From a virus (Duplodnaviria; Caudoviricetes): a stretch of 64,000 bases of DNA. Both the position numbers and the translations under genes were made by a program. Positions 57,832-64,000 of this stretch are shown piece by piece (the first letter of the stretch is position 1; the number at the start of each line of letters is the position of its first letter). Under the pieces are notes generated by a model. The model saw only the letters and a program-made list of their open reading frames with translations. It searched no databases and was not told where the DNA came from. The stretch is taken from the IMG/VR virus record IMGVR_UViG_3300042319_002777, positions 1,086 through 65,085 of that record; one strand, 5' to 3'.

Positions 57832-59370
57832 GTGCAGCAGCAGATCAGCCACCCGAGCGATAAGGGCGATCTGCCGTCGTTCCAGCACCCGAAGCTGCGG
57901 GAAGTGATGGCCGACCTCGATCTGGTCGCCGACTGCTGGGATCTGCTGCGAGGCGACGCGAAGAAGCGGCACCTGCCAAAAGAGGCCGGCGAGCCCCGGC
58001 AGGCCTATGAGGCGCGGGTGGGGCGCAGCAGCTATCCGAGCTTTTTCAAGGATGGCGTGAGCGCCTTCGCGGGGGTGCTGAGCCGTTACCAACTGCGAGG
58101 GGTGCAGCAGGGTCTCCTCGACGCGGCCCAGGACATTGACGGCGAGGGCAACAGCCTGAAGGCTTGGGGCCTCGGCACCGATGCCCTGGTGCTCCGGGAT
58201 GGCGGCTGCCTGCTGATGGCCGACGCGCCGCAGGGGACACCCGAGAGCAGGGCGCAGGAGCGGGCCCAAGGCCGCCGGCCCACGTTCTCAGCCGCCGAGC
58301 GCCGGAACGTCCTGAATTGGCGGACCGTCAAGCGGGGCGGACGGCGGGTGCCGATCGCCGTCACGATCCTGGAGTGGCACGAGGTAAAAGACGGGGATTA
58401 CGGCGTCAAGCTGGAGCCCAGATACCGCGTGATGCAGGGGGGCAGGTGGCGCCTCCTGGAGATAACCGGCAACGGCGGCAAGGGGGCTTCGGCCAGCTTC
58501 ATCATCAAGGTGGCCACCGACGATGACGGGCGCCCGCAGGAGGGCACCTTCACCGGGCCCAGGGGCGAGGCGCTGGAGAGCCCGCCGGTGGCCTGGTACG
58601 GCGTCAGCCGCGACGGCTTTGGAGAGGGCGGCCTGCCGCTGCTGAGCCTGGCGAACCTCACCCTGGACTGGTTCCGCGAATACTCCGACCTGAAGGAGCT
58701 GCTGCACCGGTGCGCTCTGCCGGTGGCCGTGGTGAAGGGGCGCCGGATGGCTGGGCCCAATGGCGAGCCACTGCCGCTGATGCTGGGGCCGAACAGCGTG
58801 GTGGAGTTCCCGAACGCAGGCTCCGGGGAGGGGTTGGAGTTCGCCGAGCCCTCCGGCAGCAGCCTGGACAAACACCTGGCCCACCTGGAGGGGATCGAGA
58901 AGCTGATTGATCGCAGCACCCTGAGCTTCCTGTTCAGCGGCAGCGGTGAGCGCACCGCCACGCAGGCCGAGCTGGAAGGGGCCCAGCTGCAGGCCACCAT
59001 CACGGCGATGGCCGAGAGCAAGAGCAGCGCATGGGAGAGCCTCTTCCAGCTTTGGGGGGCCTTCACCGGCGAGCGGCCCCAGCCCGGTGCGGGCCTTGAC
59101 CTGTTGCCAGGGGTCACCGACAAGCCCGTGGATGATGCCTTATTGACCCTCGCCGGCACGCTCTACGACAAGGGCCTTCTCATGCGCGAGACGGTCACGC
59201 ACCTGGCGCAGAAGCGGGGCATGCTCCGCCCTGGTGCCGATGGCCAGAAGGAGGCCGCCGATCTGGCTGCCGAGGATGAACGGCAGCAGGCGTTGATGAA
59301 CCCGCCGGCACCGGGGGCGAATGACCTCGCAGGCGACGACGTGGACGCGCAGGGGCTGCCGCTGAACTGA
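57832..59370 (+). CDS. Portal protein (DUF4055-like)
   Basis: HLPKE..E...AYEAR, DIDGEGNSL, PLLSLANL, RTATQA; between TerL and MuF. Confidence 0.85.
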   Translation: MQQQISHPSDKGDLPSFQHPKLREVMADLDLVADCWDLLRGDAKKRHLPKEAGEPRQAYEARVGRSSYPSFFKDGVSAFAGVLSRYQLRGVQQGLLDAAQDIDGEGNSLKAWGLGTDALVLRDGGCLLMADAPQGTPESRAQERAQGRRPTFSAAERRNVLNWRTVKRGGRRVPIAVTILEWHEVKDGDYGVKLEPRYRVMQGGRWRLLEITGNGGKGASASFIIKVATDDDGRPQEGTFTGPRGEALESPPVAWYGVSRDGFGEGGLPLLSLANLTLDWFREYSDLKELLHRCALPVAVVKGRRMAGPNGEPLPLMLGPNSVVEFPNAGSGEGLEFAEPSGSSLDKHLAHLEGIEKLIDRSTLSFLFSGSGERTATQAELEGAQLQATITAMAESKSSAWESLFQLWGAFTGERPQPGAGLDLLPGVTDKPVDDALLTLAGTLYDKGLLMRETVTHLAQKRGMLRPGADGQKEAADLAAEDERQQALMNPPAPGANDLAGDDVDAQGLPLN

Positions 59371-59371
59371 G

Positions 59372-60463
59372 ATGGCCCCCACCGTCACCATCGGCGACCA
59401 ACAGCTCCAGCTAGCCGACGACTACGCCGCCGCCCTCGACGCGATCGGCGACCGGGCCACCACCAACACGCAGGCGGCTCTCCGCCGGTCCCTGGCCCGC
59501 ACCCTGCGGGATCTGCGGCGGTATTACGGCCAGTTCGTGGACCCCGAGCGCCCGGACCGGCCCAGCGCCGATGGCGTGACCCGCCGACCGGGGTCCTATT
59601 CGATCGCCGATGGCTCGGCCAAGTTCCGCAAGCTCCTGGAGCTGGCCCAGGCCTTCGCGTCGGATCGGGAGCTGGCCTGGCTGCAGAACCGCTACCGCGA
59701 GGACTTCGCCGAGGCGGTGGCCCTCGGCGGTGACCTGGGACAGCAGCTCGCGCAGACCGCCGACCCTGACGCGACCGCACAGGGGGTGTTCGTGGGTGCC
59801 AGCAGGGCCGCCGTGGAGGCCGCCGCCAGCACCGCATCGGCCTACATCCGGGGCGAGGTGGAGAGCTTCCGCGACAACATCGCCCGGATCGTCACCGATG
59901 GCATCGGCCGCGGGAAGGGGCCCCGCGTGCTGGAGGGAGAGATCAGGACCGCCCTGCAGGGGGCCCGCGATCCGCAGGGGCTGAACAACCGGCTGGGCCT
60001 GGAGCAGCGGGCCGAGCTGATCGCCCGATCGGAGCTGGCCAACGCCTACGTGGGCGCCCAGAAGGCAACGGCAGCCCGCAACGGGTTCGGCTATGCCCGG
60101 TGGATCGCCACCAAGGATGAGCGGACGTGCGCGGTGTGCGCCTCGCGCCATGGCCGGATCTACCGGCTCGACGAGATGGTGGGCACGCTTCATCCTCGCT
60201 GCCGGTGCAGTCTCTCCCCCGTGGCCACCGAAGCCGTGGAAGAGGCCGATCCCGCCCTCAGGGCCACCCTGTTGCGGGAGGATTACTGGGAGCGCTCGCG
60301 CAAGGCCGTGGCCGAGGAGTTTGCCGCCGCCAAGGGTGGAGCCGATCAGGGCTGGCCCTTCGCCCGTGCCTCCCAGGTGCTGGAGGAGGCCGTGCGTAAG
60401 CCCTCCCCCAGCGAGCGGCGGCAGTATCCCGACATTGAGCGGGCGCCGGCGCCGGTGGGGTAG
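59372..60463 (+). CDS. MuF/SPP1 gp7-like minor head protein
   Basis: RAELIARSE, WIATKDERTCAVCASRHG, HPRCRC. Confidence 0.9.
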   Translation: MAPTVTIGDQQLQLADDYAAALDAIGDRATTNTQAALRRSLARTLRDLRRYYGQFVDPERPDRPSADGVTRRPGSYSIADGSAKFRKLLELAQAFASDRELAWLQNRYREDFAEAVALGGDLGQQLAQTADPDATAQGVFVGASRAAVEAAASTASAYIRGEVESFRDNIARIVTDGIGRGKGPRVLEGEIRTALQGARDPQGLNNRLGLEQRAELIARSELANAYVGAQKATAARNGFGYARWIATKDERTCAVCASRHGRIYRLDEMVGTLHPRCRCSLSPVATEAVEEADPALRATLLREDYWERSRKAVAEEFAAAKGGADQGWPFARASQVLEEAVRKPSPSERRQYPDIERAPAPVG

Positions 60464-60480
60464 GGGCGCCCAAGGGGAAG

Positions 60481-60490
60481 CGGGAAAACT
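60481..60490 (+). promoter_or_regulatory. Putative late promoter (copy 15)
   Basis: Exact motif 22 nt before GTG 60513. Confidence 0.75.
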
Positions 60491-60512
60491 ACCTGCAGTA
60501 GCAGCGGTTCCA

Positions 60513-62003
60513 GTGGCAGGCGGCAGCAAGGGCAGGCGGACCTACGCCAGGGACAACCGGGGCCGCTTCGCCTCGACTGGCACCACCACCGCCAAGGCCA
60601 AGCCCGCCGCCCGGCGAGCGCAGCGAGGCACGAACCGAATCACCAGGGACAACAGCGGCAAGATCACCGGCGTGGGTAAGAACGGCGCCACGGCGCGTGG
60701 TGGTCGCCTCAGGACCGCCGCCGGGAACCAGCGGGGGGCGGTGTTGGATCGGCTCAAGCGGGCGCCCATGGCGGGGACTGTGGGCAGGGGCGGGAAGATT
60801 CGGGGTGGGGTGAAGGGGATGGCTGTGGCCAGGCAACCGGCAACGATCGGGAAGCCCATTGGCGGCGCAAGCAAGCAAATCAAGGGCGGCGCCGTCAGGG
60901 GCACCATGAAGCCTCCGGTGACGCTGGGAGGGTTGCTTGGCGCGGGTGGAAATCGGTGGCAGAAGAACGGCATGGACAGGATTTATTTCAATAACATTGC
61001 GGAAAGAGCTGGCATTAGCGCCAATCGCTACAAGTCGGGAAACATCAGTTCGGCCAGTCTTTCTGGTAAGGGAATTAGCAACAGCAAAGCACGCGAAATC
61101 ATATCCACTCTTGAGTCGGGGAAGGTTTTTTACGATAGGAAGGCAAGACGAATGGTTGTTCAGGGCCCGGCCATGAGAACTGGCAGGTCCAGTCAGATGA
61201 CCACGGCTGAGCAGCTAGCGGGCAGGGTCGCCAGCCGCCTCCAGCGGCAATCCAGAATGAGGGCAACACGCCGGGCCAATCAGGGCGGAGCGCCAAGGCC
61301 GGCGGCTAAGCCAGTCGCCCCCAAGCAAACCAAGGCCGCCACGGTGGCACGACGCCCAGTCAAGACGAGGCAGGACAAAGCGGCTCAGGCGATGAGGCTC
61401 GCCTCTCGTGCAGCGGCTCGATCTCAGTCGCCCAAGCTGAGCAAGGCGGCGGCACTGCGCAGCGAGAAGCTGTCAGCCAGCCTCAGGGCAAGGGCAAAAC
61501 AGCTATCGCAGCGGCCAACCCTCAGCAGGGCCCAGCGGGACAAGGCTGCACGGGCTCGGAAGGACTACGGGGTGAAGTCCACGGGCACCAAGGGCAAGAA
61601 GGGTGCTGCAGTCCCCTCTGGAGCAATCCCATCGGGCCGCACCGTCTACCGGACCAGGGCGCAGGCGATCAGGGCGCAGCAGGCCCGCACCAACACCCTC
61701 GGGAAGGCGACCGCCGCGAAGCGAGGCTTCAATGAGGCGGTCGGCAAGCGCAGTGATTTCGCCGACTCCGCCCCCCGCACCGTGATCAGCCGCCCAAGGA
61801 TCCCGCAGCTCAGCCTGTCGGGCCGGGTTGAGCGTGTCGGCGCTGGCCGCTTCCGCACCATTGGCGAACGCCTGGGCGGCGGCAGCATCCGCCGGCCTCG
61901 ATCCAAGCCCGGCCCGCTGCGTGGCACCAAGGCCTGGAAGCGGCAGCTCAATCAGGCGATCAAGGCGAACGGCGGCAAGGACGCGGCCGCGTTCCGGTTC
62001 TGA
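60513..62003 (+). CDS. Highly basic protein, RDNxGRF family paralog 3
   Basis: Start corrected to GTG 60513 (MAGGSKGRRTYARDNRGRFAS). Confidence 0.8.
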   Translation: MAGGSKGRRTYARDNRGRFASTGTTTAKAKPAARRAQRGTNRITRDNSGKITGVGKNGATARGGRLRTAAGNQRGAVLDRLKRAPMAGTVGRGGKIRGGVKGMAVARQPATIGKPIGGASKQIKGGAVRGTMKPPVTLGGLLGAGGNRWQKNGMDRIYFNNIAERAGISANRYKSGNISSASLSGKGISNSKAREIISTLESGKVFYDRKARRMVVQGPAMRTGRSSQMTTAEQLAGRVASRLQRQSRMRATRRANQGGAPRPAAKPVAPKQTKAATVARRPVKTRQDKAAQAMRLASRAAARSQSPKLSKAAALRSEKLSASLRARAKQLSQRPTLSRAQRDKAARARKDYGVKSTGTKGKKGAAVPSGAIPSGRTVYRTRAQAIRAQQARTNTLGKATAAKRGFNEAVGKRSDFADSAPRTVISRPRIPQLSLSGRVERVGAGRFRTIGERLGGGSIRRPRSKPGPLRGTKAWKRQLNQAIKANGGKDAAAFRF

Positions 62004-62035
62004 ATCGCCAGCCCGGCCCGGCTTGCCCCTCCGAG

Positions 62036-62103
62036 GGAACGCCTGCGTTACAGACTGTGAACTGGCACCGCCGATCGCGATTGGGAGGTAACGCCTGCGT
62101 TAC
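62036..62103. promoter_or_regulatory. Operator pair 1 (GTAACGCCTGCGTTAC-like palindromes)
   Basis: 16-mers at 62036 and 62088, 52 bp apart. Confidence 0.7.
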
Positions 62104-62151
62104 GGTTGAGGTCTGGGAGGCAATCCCAGCACCTCAACCAGCGAATCAACC

Positions 62152-62421
62152 ATGAAATTCAAAACCATCATCACCAGCCGCAACCTTTCCGATGCAGTTG
62201 AGGCGATTGTCACCGCAGCCGACGAATATGAGGCGCGGATCAAGGCGCTCCGCTGCTGGACCGGCAACCGCAAGCTTTGCGCCTTTCATCCCTACAACCC
62301 CCTCCCCGGCCAAGATCCTTCTGGTCAAGCTGGCTATGGCTATGCCGCCGCAGCTCCATCCTCCGGCTGCGAACTATCAGCCGCTACCGGGATGGTTCGG
62401 GTCTACATGGAGGCCTGCTAG
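62152..62421 (+). CDS. Small hypothetical protein
   Basis: Follows operator pair 1 and CAACCAGCGA. Confidence 0.65.
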   Translation: MKFKTIITSRNLSDAVEAIVTAADEYEARIKALRCWTGNRKLCAFHPYNPLPGQDPSGQAGYGYAAAAPSSGCELSAATGMVRVYMEAC

Positions 62422-62537
62422 GTTCGCCTTGTCCCCGTACACGCGGGGATGGCCCGTAGCTCCTTGGCTTCTGGCATCTATTCCCTGCACACGCGGGGAC
62501 GAACGCTTGCCCCATCGCCCCAGTCCTGGCCCTCGGC

Positions 62538-62605
62538 TGAACGCCTGCGTTACAGCTTGTGAACTGGCCTGTCCAGACACGGGCGAGGGGTAACGGTTGC
62601 GTTAC
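62538..62605. promoter_or_regulatory. Operator pair 2
   Basis: 16-mers at 62538 and 62590, 52 bp apart. Confidence 0.7.
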
Positions 62606-62655
62606 TGTGAGGCTTCAGGGGAGGGATCAGCCCTCTCCGCACCTCTCAACCAGCG

Positions 62656-64000
62656 ATGACCACCATTTCTATTGACCAAGTGCAGCAGTGGACGTGGGAG
62701 AACCATTCCCCCGATCACCGCGCAGCCGTGCCGGTTGTACCCACTGAGGAGCGCCGCGCTTTCTCTGCCCTGATGGACCTTGAAAGGCCAAGCCAGCAGC
62801 AGATCGCGCTACGCGAAGCAATCCGCCGGAAAATCAGCTATCGCATCAGCCGCGAAATTGGCTGGTGAATCCAGTGGCCGGCCGGGAGCCTATCCCGGCA
62901 CCCCCCCACAACCAGCGAGCCAACCATGCCCGAAAAACGCTTCTTCCCGATCTCCTGCCGCTCCGCCTACTGCGGCGAGACGACCTGCCCCGCTACCTGC
63001 TCCAACCTGCCGGAGTTGACCGCCTTCAACGCCTGGAAGCGGCGCACTGGGGCGACCCAGCCGGATCCAATCTGGAGCCCTACCTGTTGGCAGGCTGCGG
63101 CCTGACCCCCCATGGCCCGCCGGGGCCTACCCGGCAACCACTCTCCGCCACCAACTCTCAGTCATGTCAATTTTTTGTGTTTACGAGCAACAAGCCGTCT
63201 GGCTTTTTGCCAGCAGAAACGAAGCCCTGGATTTTAACCGTTCCAGATCAGACGAACACCGCTGGTCTGAGGTTTCCCCGTTTGACGGTCGCCCGTTCTC
63301 TCCCAGAGATTCCAACAGGCCAACCGAGCCCGGGCCCGGCCAGGAGTGCTGTCGCAGGATCCAGCGCCACTGCCGCAGATGGTGGCAGGCCTACGACGCA
63401 TGGAACAAGGCAGGAGGGCTAAGCAGTTCTGACTTTGCCTGACCCCCATGGCCCGCCGGAGCCTATCCGGCAACCCATCCCACCGCTCACCAGCCATGAC
63501 CAGCACAGCCGCCAACAAGCAGCAAGCCCAATTCGCCGACCACGTTGCGGGGGAGCCTTACAGTTTAACCCGCGAAGAGTTCGTCAGATTTGCAGGATTA
63601 CAAGAGGATTACGAGGCTTTTCTGGACGTGCTGCAGCGAAAAGCAGCAGGCGGCAGATTGCCTGGAAATGGGCACAATTACGCGCCCGAGGTCCAGGCCT
63701 TCTGGGCCGCCATTGCCTCACTTGAAGCGATGCGCAAATTTCAGCAGGATGATGGTACCAGTTTCTGTGAATCTGGCCTGGCCATGGAGATTGAGGGTGG
63801 TGCACCTATGGATTGGTTTTACGAGTCCACTTCTGGCACACGCTTTAAGGTTCTGGAATGGCGGGAAGAACAGTATGACCGCCCAGAAGATTCATATACA
63901 ATTATTGAATTGCCCGAACCGATTTTTTCAGTCACGATCCCGGCTAATCGGGATCAGCCGGGCCGTAGCCACTACGAAGCAATTCGCCGTGGTGGAAGCT
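62656..64000 (+). CDS. Cassette array of small ORFs (62656-62868, 62926-63105, 63164-63442, 63496 to window end)
   Basis: Each gap contains the GCCTA-loop hairpin repeat. Confidence 0.65.

Larger units (their letters stand above)
1..64000. mobile_element. Temperate tailed phage genome (siphovirus-like), probably infecting picocyanobacteria; circularly permuted view
   Basis: TerL, portal, MuF, scaffold, capsid, tail tube, tape measure, endolysin, serine integrase, RecE/RecT and rep all present; no host housekeeping genes. Confidence 0.93.

Noticed and set aside
284-60490. CGGGAAAACT copies as CRISPR repeats or integron attC sites
   Set aside because: Only 10 bp, non-palindromic, irregularly spaced and tied to start codons; no cas or integron integrase gene
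60093-60512. N-terminal 140 aa of the 636-aa ORF-track entry
   Set aside because: Overlaps the MuF gene; the late motif and paralog alignment put the start at GTG 60513
88-63805. Numerous long antisense or overlapping ORFs in the six-frame track (e.g. 88-816, 13136-14224, 59411-60529)
   Set aside because: Typical shadow ORFs of GC-rich coding DNA, with no motifs
1-64000. tRNA, rRNA or host chromosome flanks
   Set aside because: No cloverleaf or rRNA-like sequence recognised by eye; phage-type genes run to both window edges

Overview
The whole window is a GC-rich temperate siphovirus-like phage genome. No host genes are seen, and it looks like a linearised circle: terminase, sigma factor, portal and MuF lie at 55-60 kb, while neck, tail and capsid genes lie at 0.3-30 kb. 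The likely host is a picocyanobacterium (Cyanobium/Synechococcus), inferred from an AbrB-like regulator, an NblA-like protein and a SigF-like sigma factor. It also encodes a large serine integrase with a candidate intact attP, RecE/RecT, a PolX-like enzyme, a RusA-like resolvase, a replication initiator with internal iterons, a two-frame C5 methyltransferase, dCTP deaminase and a lysozyme-L,D-transpeptidase endolysin. The main unexplained signal is a candidate late-transcription system. Fifteen exact copies of CGGGAAAACT, all on the + strand, sit just upstream of virion genes, mostly 20-26 nt from the start codon, with no evident -35 element. The phage SigF-like sigma factor appears to have a degenerate region 4.2 and ends in a beta-clamp-type motif (QLDLF), a parallel to T4 gp55. 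Further signals are three paralogous extremely basic RDNxGRF proteins, GCGAU-loop hairpins in the scaffold and capsid leaders, a GCCUA-hairpin cassette repeat, a start-associated CAACCAGCGA motif, paired 16-bp palindromic operators, and a 98-bp inverted element shared by the rep gene and the tail region. All calls were made by eye, with no database searches.
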